A stretch of DNA of 64,000 nt from Casimicrobiaceae bacterium (GTDB lineage Bacteria > Pseudomonadota > Gammaproteobacteria > Burkholderiales > Casimicrobiaceae): positions 11,774 through 75,773 of the forward strand of contig DASVWR010000075.1 in NCBI GenBank assembly GCA_036393115.1, read 5' to 3'. Below the pieces are notes generated by a model. The model did not search any database, had not been told where the DNA came from, and saw only the letters and a list, made by a program, of their open reading frames with translations. The stretch's first letter is position 1, and every line of letters starts with the position of its first letter. A program made the position numbers and the translations under genes. Shown piece after piece: positions 9,154 through 18,399 of this stretch.

Positions 9154-9329
9154 GAGCCGCCATAGCTGTGTCCGAAAAGGCCCGGAGTCCGTAAACGCCT
9201 TCCTGCGGGTCCCGGCGCGGACTCGCCGGGTGTGCGACTGCGGCGGCCGAGAAGTGGTGCTGGGCTCCCCGCGCCACCCGCGACGGAAGGCACTCCCACG
9301 GGCCTTTTCGGATACAGCCATAGCGGCTC
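9154..9329. repeat. 176-nt imperfect palindromic element (31-nt terminal inverted repeats plus partly paired interior)
   Basis: The left arm at 9154-9184 is gagccgccatagctgtgtccgaaaaggcccg. The right arm at 9299-9329 is cgggccttttcggatacagccatagcggctc. 28 of 31 positions are complementary. Interior segments also pair: gagt/actc, gccttcc/ggaaggc, gcgggt/acccgc and ggcgcgg/ccgcgcc. Confidence 0.7.
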
Positions 9330-9464
9330 GCCTGACACGGGCGCGCTCGACGCGCCTGGCCTCCGCTCAATCGGCGAATCGGCAACGACCGCGAGTCGGC
9401 CGACCGCGGCAGCCGCGCTCGTCGCACGCGCGTCGTGCGGCGAGCGCGCGCCGCGTGACAGGGT

Positions 9465-12400
9465 TCAGTCGCTCGCGCTCTGCGGCGCGACCGCGGCGCC
9501 CGCGACGGGCGCGGTGCGCGAGGCGCGCCTGCGTCGGCGCCGCTCGTGCCACTGGTCGAGGTACGTGTAGAGCACCGGCACCACGACCAGCGTCAGCAGC
9601 GTCGACGTGACGACGCCGCCGATGATCGCGCGCCCCATCGGCGCCTGCTGCTCGCCGCCGTCGCCCAGGCCGAGTGCCAACGGCAGCATGCCGCCGATCA
9701 TCGCCGCGGTGGTCATCAGGATCGGCCGCAGCCGCACCTGTCCCGCCGTCAGCAATGCCTCGTCGAGCGACGCGCCGGAGCGCCGCGCACGATTCGCAAA
9801 ATCGACGAGCAGGATCGCATTCTTGGTAACGAGCCCCATCAGCATGATGAAGCCGATGATCGAAAAGAGGTTGAGCGTCGTTCCGGTGATCAGCAACGCG
9901 AGGAACACGCCGATCAGCGAGAATGGCAGCGAGGCCATGATCGCGACCGGCTGCGTGAAGCTCGCGAACTGCGATGCGAGGATCAGATAGATGAAGATCA
10001 CCGCGAGCGCGAGCGCCGCGAGCGCCGCACGGAACGATTCCTGCATGTCCTGCTGCGTGCCCGCCGCCTTGACGCTGTAGCCGGGCGGCAGTTCCATCCG
10101 GTCGGCGATCTTCTGCACGTCGGTGCCAACGTCGCCCGAGGCACGCCCCTCGGTGTTGGCGTAGATGCCGATGCGCCGCTCGAGCGCCTCGCGCTTGATG
10201 ATCTGCGGGCTCGTCGACGGCACGATCTGCGCCACCTGGCGCAGCGGCACCATGCGCATGCTCCCGTCGGGTCCGCGGCGATTGGTCGTGAGGTAGAGGT
10301 TGGCGAGGTCCGACTCGAGCCGGCGCTGCGAGCGCGGAAGCTGGACGTTGACTTCGTAGTTCTGGCCGTCGGGGGCGAGCCAGTAGGTGACGGTATCACC
10401 GGCGACGAGCGGCCGGATCGTCGCACCGACCTGCTGCACGGTGATGCCGAGATCGGCAGCCGCGGCATTGTTGACGCGGATCGACAGCGCCGGATTGGCG
10501 TCCTTGTCCGAGGTCTCGAGGTCGGCGATGCCCGGCACCTTCGCGACCTTCGCCGCGAATTCCCGTGCCAGCCGCGACAGCGTATCCGGATCCGGGCCGA
10601 GCACGTTGAACCAGATCGGAAAGTCGTAGCCGACCGAAAGATGGATTCCCGGGATCGGCTTCAGCGCGGCGCGGATCGCACGCTCGATCTCCTTCTGCGA
10701 TCTCGTGCGCTTACCGCGATCGACGAGCTTCAGGTTGACGCGGGCGTAGTTGCGTCCCTCGTCCGTTCCGACCGTCGTCATTGCGAGGTCGATCTCCGGA
10801 AAGCGCTGCTTCAGAATCCGCTCGACCTCGGCCACCTTGCCGTTCGTGTACTCGAGGCTCGATCCCACCGGCGTGTTGAGCCGCAGCGAGATGAAGCCCT
10901 GGTCGACGTCGGGGATGAACTCGGTCCCGACCAGCGGAACGACGAGGAAGCTCGCGAAGAACGTCGCCAGCGCGACGCCGAGCACCGTTCTGCGGTGACC
11001 GAGCGCCCAGGCGAGCACGCTGCCGTACATCGCGTGCACGCGGTCGATGACGCGCTCGACGTGCGTCATCACGTGCCCGAGCCACGGCGCCCGCGCGAAG
11101 CGCGTCGCCGCCGGATCGTGCCAGACCGACGACAGCATCGGATCGAGCGTGAAGCTCACGAACAGCGAGACGAGCACGGCGACGGCGACCGTCACGCCGA
11201 ACTGGAAGAAGAAGCGCCCGATGATCCCGCTCATGAATGCGATCGGCACGAACACGGCGACGATCGCGAACGTGGTGGCCATCACCGCGAGGCCGATCTC
11301 GTCGGTGCCGTCGCGCGCGGCGCTGCGGTGATCCTTGCCGAGCGCCAGGTGCCGCACGATGTTCTCGCGCACGACGATTGCGTCGTCGATCAGGAGCCCG
11401 ATGGTGAGCGAGAGCGCCATCAACGTGAGGAAGTTCAGCGTAAAGCCGAACGCGTAGAGGGCGATGAAGGTCGCGACGACGGCGATCGGCAGCGTGAGCC
11501 CGGTGATGACCGTGCTGCGCCAGCTTCCGAGGAAGAAGAACACGATCAGCACGGTGAGGAGCGCGCCCTCGACGATCGTGCTCTTGACGCGGTCGACGGA
11601 TCGCTCGACCTGGTCGGCGCCCGAGTACGTGATGCGCAGATCGACGTCCTTCGGCAGCCGCGCCTTCAGCGCGGTGACCGCGTCGCGGATGTTGCGCCCG
11701 GTATCGACGATGTTCGCGTCCTGGGCCTTCTGCACGTCGATCGTGATCGCCGGCTGCCCGTTCACGCGCGAGATCGAATCCTGGTCCTTGGTGCCGTCGA
11801 TGACATCGGCCACCTGCGCGAGGTAGACCGGGCCGCCTCCCTGCTGCGCGACGATGATGCGGCCGAACTGCGCCGGCTCGCGCAGCTTGCCGTCGATCCT
11901 CACGATCGAGTCGCGCGGCCCCCGCGTGATCCGGCCCGCGGGAACGTCCTGATTCGCGTTGCGGATCGCGTCGATCACCTGGTCGATGCCGATGCCGAGC
12001 GCCGCCAGCGCGTCGGGCCGGATCTGGATCAGCACCTGGCGCTGGGCTTCGCCGCTGACGTCGAGCCTCGCGACGCCGGGAAGGTTCTCGAGCGACTTGA
12101 CGATCGTCTGGTCGGTGAGCGAAGTGAGCTCGCGCAGTCCGACCGTCGGCGACGTGACGGCGAGCGAGACCACCGGCTGGCTGTTCTCGTCCTCGACGCG
12201 GATCACCTGCGGATCCTTGACGTCCTTCGGGAACGATGCCCGCACCGGAGCGACCTTGTCGCGCAGATCCTGGATCGCCTGGGCGATGTTGGTCGACAGG
12301 CGGAACTCGACGAAGACCTGGCTCTGCCCTTCGAGCGAGTTCGAGCGGATCGTCTTGACGCCGGACACCTGATTCACCGCGTACTCGATCGGCTTGGTGA

Positions 12401-12587
12401 CGTCGGCCTCGACGGCTTCCGGCGCGGCGCCGGGATACGCGGTCAGCACGAGTGCGTAAGGAAGCGTCACGTCGGGCATCTGCTCGACGTCGAGCCGCGA
12501 GTACGAGAAGAGTCCGAGCACGGCGATGCCGATCATCACCATCGTCGCGAACACCGGGTTCGCGATCGACGTGCGCGTGATCCACAT
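9465..12587 (-). CDS. RND-family multidrug efflux pump, inner membrane subunit (HAE1-like)
   Basis: ATG at 12587 (MWITRTSIANPVFATMVMIGIAVLGLFSYSRLDVEQMPDV...). About 1040 aa with 12-TM AcrB-like architecture. The 1458-aa track ORF is an in-frame upstream extension through the adaptor gene. Confidence 0.93.
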   Translation of the reverse strand: MWITRTSIANPVFATMVMIGIAVLGLFSYSRLDVEQMPDVTLPYALVLTAYPGAAPEAVEADVTKPIEYAVNQVSGVKTIRSNSLEGQSQVFVEFRLSTNIAQAIQDLRDKVAPVRASFPKDVKDPQVIRVEDENSQPVVSLAVTSPTVGLRELTSLTDQTIVKSLENLPGVARLDVSGEAQRQVLIQIRPDALAALGIGIDQVIDAIRNANQDVPAGRITRGPRDSIVRIDGKLREPAQFGRIIVAQQGGGPVYLAQVADVIDGTKDQDSISRVNGQPAITIDVQKAQDANIVDTGRNIRDAVTALKARLPKDVDLRITYSGADQVERSVDRVKSTIVEGALLTVLIVFFFLGSWRSTVITGLTLPIAVVATFIALYAFGFTLNFLTLMALSLTIGLLIDDAIVVRENIVRHLALGKDHRSAARDGTDEIGLAVMATTFAIVAVFVPIAFMSGIIGRFFFQFGVTVAVAVLVSLFVSFTLDPMLSSVWHDPAATRFARAPWLGHVMTHVERVIDRVHAMYGSVLAWALGHRRTVLGVALATFFASFLVVPLVGTEFIPDVDQGFISLRLNTPVGSSLEYTNGKVAEVERILKQRFPEIDLAMTTVGTDEGRNYARVNLKLVDRGKRTRSQKEIERAIRAALKPIPGIHLSVGYDFPIWFNVLGPDPDTLSRLAREFAAKVAKVPGIADLETSDKDANPALSIRVNNAAAADLGITVQQVGATIRPLVAGDTVTYWLAPDGQNYEVNVQLPRSQRRLESDLANLYLTTNRRGPDGSMRMVPLRQVAQIVPSTSPQIIKREALERRIGIYANTEGRASGDVGTDVQKIADRMELPPGYSVKAAGTQQDMQESFRAALAALALAVIFIYLILASQFASFTQPVAIMASLPFSLIGVFLALLITGTTLNLFSIIGFIMLMGLVTKNAILLVDFANRARRSGASLDEALLTAGQVRLRPILMTTAAMIGGMLPLALGLGDGGEQQAPMGRAIIGGVVTSTLLTLVVVPVLYTYLDQWHERRRRRRASRTAPVAGAAVAPQSASD

Positions 12588-12604
12588 GGTGCGGCGCTCC
12601 TCGC

Positions 12605-13789
12605 TCAGCCGGCGTGCGGGCGCGGCGCGCTCGCCGCATCGATCGACGAGGGCGTGCCGACGAGGCGCGCCGGGGCGCCGTCCTTCAGGTTGTCGAAGCG
12701 CGTCGCGAGCACCGGGATTCCGCGCGGCAGCTCGGTCCTGATCTCGATGCGCCCGGCACCCTCGTCGCGCGCACCGGTCACGACGACGCGCCGCGCGATC
12801 CGGCCGTCCTCGACCGTCCACACGTAGTCCTGGCCGGCGTCGGTGCGCACCGCCGCGATCGGCAGTGTTGGAACCGGCGGCGCGGGAGCGAGCGCGATGC
12901 GCCCGACCGCGAACATCCCCGCGCGCAGCGTCGCGTCGGGATTGGGCAGGTCGACGTGCACGACGATCGCGCGCGTACCGGGCTCGACCGACGGATTGAT
13001 GCGGTCGATGCGGCCGGCGAAGCGGCGCTCGCCGAAGCCATCGGCCGTCCATTCGACCGGCATTCCGGGGGCGAGCTCCGGCACGTCGAGCGCCGGCACC
13101 ATCGCCTGGACCTCGAGGTCGGAGAGGTCGACGATGGTGACGAGCGGTGCCTCGACCGCGACCTTCTCGCCCGGCTCGACGCTTTTCCTCGCAACGATGC
13201 CGCCGAGCGGTGCCACCACTTCGGCGTCGCGCAGCGCGTTGCGGGCGAGCTGCACCTGCGCCTCGGCCGAGCGCACGTTGCCGCGCGCGACGTCGAAGCT
13301 CGACTCGGCGTTGTCGAACGCGTTCTGCGAGATGAACTTGTCGGTGAGCAGCCGCAGGTTCATCGTCCGCGTCTTGGTGGCGAGATCGAGCTGCGCGCGC
13401 GCGCTCTCGAGCGCGCCTTCGCGATCGGCGAGGCGCGCGGCGAGATCGGGTGAGTCGATGCGCATCAGGAGCTGCCCGGCGCGCACCGCGTCGCCCTCGC
13501 GCAGCGTGAACGCGGTCACGTCGCCGGCCACCTTCGCCTTGACGACGGCCTGGCGCACGGGTTCGAGCGACCCCGAGACCTGGAGCCAGCGCGCGATCGG
13601 GGCGTTCGCGACGTGAGTGAGGTCGACCGGCGAGAACTCGAGCGCGACCGCGGCGGCAGCCGCCTTGTCGCGGGCGGCGTCGGCCGCCTTGCGTGCGGCC
13701 CGCAGCGCCACGGTGCCGCCGAGCGCGGCGACCGCGACCGCCACGACGATGACCGTTGTAACACGCCGGCGCGAAAACCGATTGAACAC
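12605..13789 (-). CDS. RND efflux periplasmic adaptor (membrane fusion protein)
   Basis: GTG at 13789 is preceded by GGAGGGGG. Sequence VFNRFSRRRVTTVIVVAVAVAALGG is a membrane anchor, followed by alpha-hairpin, lipoyl and beta-barrel segments typical of the MFP/HlyD_D23 family. It lies immediately upstream of the RND gene. Confidence 0.88.
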   Translation of the reverse strand: MFNRFSRRRVTTVIVVAVAVAALGGTVALRAARKAADAARDKAAAAAVALEFSPVDLTHVANAPIARWLQVSGSLEPVRQAVVKAKVAGDVTAFTLREGDAVRAGQLLMRIDSPDLAARLADREGALESARAQLDLATKTRTMNLRLLTDKFISQNAFDNAESSFDVARGNVRSAEAQVQLARNALRDAEVVAPLGGIVARKSVEPGEKVAVEAPLVTIVDLSDLEVQAMVPALDVPELAPGMPVEWTADGFGERRFAGRIDRINPSVEPGTRAIVVHVDLPNPDATLRAGMFAVGRIALAPAPPVPTLPIAAVRTDAGQDYVWTVEDGRIARRVVVTGARDEGAGRIEIRTELPRGIPVLATRFDNLKDGAPARLVGTPSSIDAASAPRPHAG

Positions 13790-13944
13790 GCGACCCCCTC
13801 CGCGCCCGGTAGGACGCGCTCGAAATGCCCATCGGTCGCACGGCGGCGCCGGTGGGCGTCGCGGGGCGAACCTGGACGCGCGTTGGATGCGGCGCGCCCC
13901 TCCTGCGGATTCAAACGGGGTATGCGGAGCCCCCGAGAAGCGGA

Positions 13945-13974
13945 TTGACACCCTTTTCCGGAACGAATCATAAT
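13945..13974 (+). promoter_or_regulatory. Putative sigma70 promoter of the liv-type operon
   Basis: TTGACA (13945-13950), an 18-nt spacer, then CATAAT (13969-13974) in a locally AT-richer patch. GGAGGA lies 7 nt before the ATG at 14016. Confidence 0.4.
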
Positions 13975-14015
13975 ACTTCGTTTCCCTTTCCCGTCACTCC
14001 ATCCGGAGGAACCCA

Positions 14016-15344
14016 ATGCGTGTTGGACACAGGATCGGCCTGACGCTGATCGCAGCGTCGGTCGTCGCGATGTACGGTTGCGGTCAGAAGGAAGAACCGA
14101 AGAAGGCGGCCGAAGCCGCGGCGCCGGCAGCGGCACCCGCGGCCGCGCCGGCCGAAGAGGCGGTCACCGTCACGATCGGCTCCGCCGGTCCGCTCACCGG
14201 CGAGATCGCGCACCTCGGCAAGGACAACGACAACGGCGTGCGCCTCGCGATCGACCAGGCCAACGACAAGCACCTCAAGATCGGCGGCAAGGTCGTCAAG
14301 TTCGCCGTCGACAGCCAGGACGACCAGGCCGATCCCAAGCTCGGCCCCACGATCGCCCAGAAGTACTGCGACGAGAAGGCGGCGGGCGTGGTCGGCCACC
14401 TGAATTCGGGCGTCACGATCCCGGCGTCGGCCGTCTATCACCAGTGCGGCATCCCGATGATCTCGGGCTCGGCGACCAATCCGAAGCTGACCGAACAGGG
14501 CTTCAACAACATCTTCCGCGTCGTCGGCCGCGACGATCAGCAGGGCCCGGCCGTCGCCGAATACCTGAAGTCGCTGAACATCAAGAAGGTTGCGGTCGTC
14601 GACGACGCAACGGCGTACGGCGAGGGGCTCGCGAACGCGGTCGCGGATACGTTGAAGACCGAGGGCATCAAGGTCGACGCTCGCGAGAAGACGACCGACA
14701 AGGCGACCGATTTCAAGGCGATCCTGACCAAGATCAAGGGGCGCGCCCCCGACGCCGTGTTCTACGGCGGCATGGACGCGACCGGCGGCCCGATGCTCCG
14801 CCAGGCGCGCGAGCTCGGCATCAAGGCGGTCTTCGCATTCGGCGACGGCGCGTGCACCGACACGATGCCGAAGCTCGGCGGCGAGAAGAACGTCGAGGGG
14901 ATGATCTGCTCGCAGGCCGGCCTTCCGGTCGTCGCAGCGTCGAAGAGCTTCCTCGACGCCTACAAGGCGAAGTACAACGTCGACCCGATCATCTACGCGC
15001 CGTTCACCTATGACGCGGCGAACCTGCTGATTGCCGCGATGGTGAAGGCCGACTCGACCGATCCGGCCAAGTACCTGCCGTCGCTGCAGAAGATCAGCTT
15101 CGACGGCGCCACCGGTCACATCGAGTTCGACGACAAGGGCGATCGCAAGAATGCCGAGATCACGATCTTCAGGATGGTCAACGACAAGCTCGATCCGGTC
15201 GCAGTCGTGAAGGGCGGCAAGAGCGTCAAGTTCGCCGACTTCATGAAGCTCGCCTCGTCGGCAGCGCCGGCACCCGCCGCCGCAGCGCCTGCGGGGGCCG
15301 CTCCCGCGGCAGCCGAGCCGGCGAAGGAAGAGCCGAAGAAGTAG
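14016..15344 (+). CDS. Branched-chain amino acid ABC transporter substrate-binding lipoprotein (LivJ/K family)
   Basis: 442 aa with lipobox VAMYGC. The type-I PBP core contains TIGSAGPLTGEIAHLGKDNDNGVRLAIDQAN. Both termini carry unusual Pro/Ala-rich linkers. Confidence 0.9.
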   Translation: MRVGHRIGLTLIAASVVAMYGCGQKEEPKKAAEAAAPAAAPAAAPAEEAVTVTIGSAGPLTGEIAHLGKDNDNGVRLAIDQANDKHLKIGGKVVKFAVDSQDDQADPKLGPTIAQKYCDEKAAGVVGHLNSGVTIPASAVYHQCGIPMISGSATNPKLTEQGFNNIFRVVGRDDQQGPAVAEYLKSLNIKKVAVVDDATAYGEGLANAVADTLKTEGIKVDAREKTTDKATDFKAILTKIKGRAPDAVFYGGMDATGGPMLRQARELGIKAVFAFGDGACTDTMPKLGGEKNVEGMICSQAGLPVVAASKSFLDAYKAKYNVDPIIYAPFTYDAANLLIAAMVKADSTDPAKYLPSLQKISFDGATGHIEFDDKGDRKNAEITIFRMVNDKLDPVAVVKGGKSVKFADFMKLASSAAPAPAAAAPAGAAPAAAEPAKEEPKK

Positions 15345-15368
15345 GCCCTTCCGCTGCATCCGCACGAC

Positions 15369-15401
15369 AGGACGGCGCCCCGCGGGGCGCCGTCCTTTTT
15401 C
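15369..15401 (+). terminator. Rho-independent terminator/attenuator after the binding-protein gene
   Basis: aggacggcgcccc-gc-ggggcgccgtcct forms 13-nt perfectly complementary arms and is followed by TTTTT. This is the usual arrangement for uncoupling SBP expression from the downstream permease genes. Confidence 0.75.
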
Positions 15402-15496
15402 GTATGCTCGGCGGCTGCTGATATACCACCGGGGCGACCCTTGCTCGCAAGGAGTCAAATCCGGAAAATCGCGGGGGCGATCGCCCCCCTCCTCGC

Positions 15497-16501
15497 GTGG
15501 ATACCTTCATCCAACAGCTCGTCAACGGCGTCACGCTGGGAAGCGTGTACGCGATCGTTGCGCTCGGCTACACGATGGTCTACGGGATCATCCAGCTCAT
15601 CAATTTCGCGCACGGCGACGTCGTGATGCTCGGTGCGATGGTCGCGTACTCGGTGATCGCCGTGCTGGTCGGAGCGAAGATCCCGTTGCCGCCGCTGGCG
15701 ATCGTCGTCATCGCGACGCTGTGCGCCATCCCGGTCTGCATGGTCGTGGGCTACGCGCTCGAGCGCGTGGCATACCGGCCGCTGCGCAATGCGCCGCGCC
15801 TCGCGCCGCTGATCACCGCGATCGGCCTGTCGATCGTCCTCGAGAACGTCGCGCTGATCATCTGGGGCCGCGCGCCGCTGCCGTACCCGCAGATCATCGA
15901 TACGGTCACCTATCGACTCACGTCACATCCCGACGGCGCGACGATCACCAACGTGCAGATCGCCATCGTCGGCATCTCGATCGTCATGATGGCCGCCCTT
16001 CTGCTCCTCATCTACCGCACGAAGATCGGCGTCGCCATGCGCGCCACCGCGCAGAACGCGCAGGTCGCGGGCCTGATGGGAATCGACGTCAACCGCGTGA
16101 TCTCGATCACGTTCATCATCGGTTCCGGACTCGCTGCCGTCGCCGGCGTGATGGATGGCAGCTACTACGGTGTCGCGCACTACCAGATGGGGTTCATCCT
16201 CGGGCTCAAGGCGTTCACCGCGGCGGTGCTGGGCGGCATCGGCAACCTGGGAGGCGCCATGCTGGGCGGACTGCTGCTCGGCGTCATCGAGGCGCTCGGC
16301 GCCGGATACGTCGGCGAGCTGACCAACCTCTGCCACCTGTCCGGCTGGTCGCACGCACTGGCACTGCGCTGCGTCAGCGATCCGCATCTGGCGCTGTTCG
16401 GCTCCAACTATCAGGACGTGTTCGCGTTCGTCGTCCTGATCCTGGTGCTGGTGTTCCGCCCGTCCGGACTGCTCGGCGAGCGGGTCTCGGACCGCGCGTA
16501 G
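15497..16501 (+). CDS. livH: Branched-chain amino acid ABC transporter permease
   Basis: 334 aa with LGYTMVYGIIQLINFAHGDVVMLGAM and the C-terminal FRPSGLLGERVSDRA. Contains an extra segment of about 21-23 aa near the C-terminus (see findings). Confidence 0.9.
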   Translation: MDTFIQQLVNGVTLGSVYAIVALGYTMVYGIIQLINFAHGDVVMLGAMVAYSVIAVLVGAKIPLPPLAIVVIATLCAIPVCMVVGYALERVAYRPLRNAPRLAPLITAIGLSIVLENVALIIWGRAPLPYPQIIDTVTYRLTSHPDGATITNVQIAIVGISIVMMAALLLLIYRTKIGVAMRATAQNAQVAGLMGIDVNRVISITFIIGSGLAAVAGVMDGSYYGVAHYQMGFILGLKAFTAAVLGGIGNLGGAMLGGLLLGVIEALGAGYVGELTNLCHLSGWSHALALRCVSDPHLALFGSNYQDVFAFVVLILVLVFRPSGLLGERVSDRA

Positions 16502-16513
16502 AACGACCGGCCG

Positions 16514-17599
16514 ATGCGCGCGTTCTTCGACACCCGCAGCCACCCTGCACTCGTCTGGGCCGGACTGGCGCTCATCACCGCGGCACTGGTCGCGCTGCCC
16601 TGGGTGCTGGCGGACATCGGCACAGCGTGGGTGCGGATCACCAACCTGGCGGTTCTCTACTGCTTTCTCGCGCTCGGCCTCAACATCGTCGTCGGCTTCG
16701 CCGGACTCCTCGATCTCGGCTACATCGCTTTCTACGGCGTCGGCGCGTATGTGTACGCGCTGCTCGCAAGTCCGCAGTTCGGCATCCACCTTCCGTTCTG
16801 GGTCATCCTGCCGCTGGGCGCGCTCCTCGCGTGCATCTTCGGCATGCTCCTCGGCGCACCGACGCTGAAACTCCGCGGCGACTACCTCGCGATCGTCACG
16901 CTCGGCTTCGGCGAAATCGTCCGCATCTTCTTGAACAACCTGTCGACACCGTTCAACCTCACCAACGGCCCGCAGGGCATCACGCTGATCGACCCGTTCC
17001 GCTTCGACGGATTCAGCTTTGCGGGGACGCAGCACGTGCTGGGCCAGGCGCTGAGCTCTCCGATCAAGTACTACTACTTCCTGGTCGTCGTACTGCTCGT
17101 CGTCATCGTCGTCAACGTCCGGCTGCAGAACTCGCGCATCGGCCGCGCCTGGGAGGCCATCCGCGAGGACGAGGTCGCCGCACGCGCGATGGGAATCAAT
17201 ACGCGCAACATGAAGCTCCTGGCGTACGCGATGGGCGCCTCGTTCGGAGGCATCGCCGGCGGCATATTCTCGGCGATGCAGGGCTTCATCAGCCCGGAGA
17301 GCTTCGTGCTGGTCGAGTCGATCATGGTGCTGTCGATGGTCGTGCTGGGCGGCATGGGCAACGTGTTCGGAGTCATCGTCGGCGCGGTGCTGCTTTCCTA
17401 CATTCCCGAGGTGCTTCGCTATACAGTCGGGCCCGTCCAGGTTGCGGTGTTCGGTCGCACACTGATCGACCCCGAGGTGTTCCGCATGCTGCTGTTCGGG
17501 CTCGCGCTGGTGCTGATGATGCTGTTCCGCCCGGCGGGCATCCTTCCTTCCGCGGTGCGCAAGCGCGAACTCGAGCAGGAAACGGCCGATGGCCAGTGA
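16514..17599 (+). CDS. livM: Branched-chain amino acid ABC transporter permease
   Basis: 361 aa, polytopic, with NIVVGFAGLLDLGYIAFYGVGAY and LGFGEIVRI motifs typical of LivM/BraE. Confidence 0.9.
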   Translation: MRAFFDTRSHPALVWAGLALITAALVALPWVLADIGTAWVRITNLAVLYCFLALGLNIVVGFAGLLDLGYIAFYGVGAYVYALLASPQFGIHLPFWVILPLGALLACIFGMLLGAPTLKLRGDYLAIVTLGFGEIVRIFLNNLSTPFNLTNGPQGITLIDPFRFDGFSFAGTQHVLGQALSSPIKYYYFLVVVLLVVIVVNVRLQNSRIGRAWEAIREDEVAARAMGINTRNMKLLAYAMGASFGGIAGGIFSAMQGFISPESFVLVESIMVLSMVVLGGMGNVFGVIVGAVLLSYIPEVLRYTVGPVQVAVFGRTLIDPEVFRMLLFGLALVLMMLFRPAGILPSAVRKRELEQETADGQ

Positions 17600-18395
17600 C
17601 GCCGGAGCAGCAGGCGAGCTTCTCGTCGCGCGCGACATCGGCAAGCGCTTCGGCGGGGTCGCCGCGCTCACCGACGTGTCATTCTCGATCCGCCGCGGCG
17701 AGATCTACGGCCTGATCGGGCCCAACGGGGCCGGCAAGACGTCGCTCTTCAACGTACTGACCGGCATCTACGCGAAGGACAGCGGCACGTTCGTCTTCGA
17801 CGGTGCGCCCCTCGACGAACTGAAGCCGGACCAGGTCGCCGAGCGCGGCATCGCAAGGACGTTCCAGAACATCCGCCTGTTCGCGAACCTGTCGGCGCTC
17901 GAGAACGTGATGGTCGGCCGCCACGTGCGCACGAAGGCGACGGTCGTCGGCGCGATCTTCCGCGGGCGCCGCACGCGCGACGAGGAGCACGCGATTCGAC
18001 GCCGGTCCATCGAACTGCTCGATTACGTCGGGGTCAAGCGGCGCGCGAACGACCTCGCGAAGCATCTCGCCTACGGCGACCAGCGCCGGCTCGAAATTGC
18101 GCGCGCGCTCGCGACCGACCCGAAGCTGCTTGCGCTCGACGAGCCGGCCGCGGGGATGAACGCGACCGAGACCGCCGGGCTGCGCAGCCTGCTCGAGGGC
18201 ATCCGCAGGGACGGCACGACGATCCTCCTGATCGAGCACGACATGAAGCTCGTGATGTCGGTCTGCGACCGCGTACTCGTGCTCGACTACGGAAAGAAGC
18301 TCGCCGAGGGTCGGGCCGCCGACGTGCAGAAGGACGAGCGTGTGATCACTGCGTACCTCGGCGGCGACGTGTCGCTGAACCTTAAGGGCGCGTGA
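17589..18395 (+). CDS. livG: Branched-chain amino acid ABC transporter ATP-binding protein
   Basis: Walker A GPNGAGKTS, YGDQRRLEIARALATDP, Walker B LLALDEPAAG. Overlaps the livM end by 11 nt. Confidence 0.92.
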   Translation: MASDAGAAGELLVARDIGKRFGGVAALTDVSFSIRRGEIYGLIGPNGAGKTSLFNVLTGIYAKDSGTFVFDGAPLDELKPDQVAERGIARTFQNIRLFANLSALENVMVGRHVRTKATVVGAIFRGRRTRDEEHAIRRRSIELLDYVGVKRRANDLAKHLAYGDQRRLEIARALATDPKLLALDEPAAGMNATETAGLRSLLEGIRRDGTTILLIEHDMKLVMSVCDRVLVLDYGKKLAEGRAADVQKDERVITAYLGGDVSLNLKGA

Positions 18396-18399
18396 CCGC

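Noticed and set aside
7405-9321. Track ORFs suggesting giant proteins: 638 aa at 7405..9321, 1458 aa at 9465..13841, 718 aa at 22767..24923, 646 aa at 29715..31655 and 653 aa at 34700..36661.
   Set aside because: The N-terminal parts are Arg/Pro/Ala-rich read-through across the upstream neighbouring gene in another frame. Each has an internal start with an RBS or a 4-nt start/stop overlap that gives a protein of the normal family length.
9154-9329. Calling the palindromic element a bona fide MITE or IS remnant.
   Set aside because: I saw no clear target-site duplication at the ends, no transposase, and no second copy within the window. It is reported only as a repeat or possible structured RNA.
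9546-12827. 1093-aa + strand ORF opposite the RND pump gene. Similar long ORFs include 46..741 (+), 5191..6507 (+), 13968..15458 (-), 15923..17671 (-), 18382..20211 (-), 33042..35852 (-), 37235..39715 (-), 43399..46482 (-), 46229..48601 (-), 48653..50032 (-) and 55601..58072 (+).
   Set aside because: Their translations are dominated by Arg, Asp, His, Gly and Ala runs with no recognisable motifs. Each lies exactly antisense to a gene with clear family signatures. Long stop-free antisense frames are expected in DNA this GC-rich.
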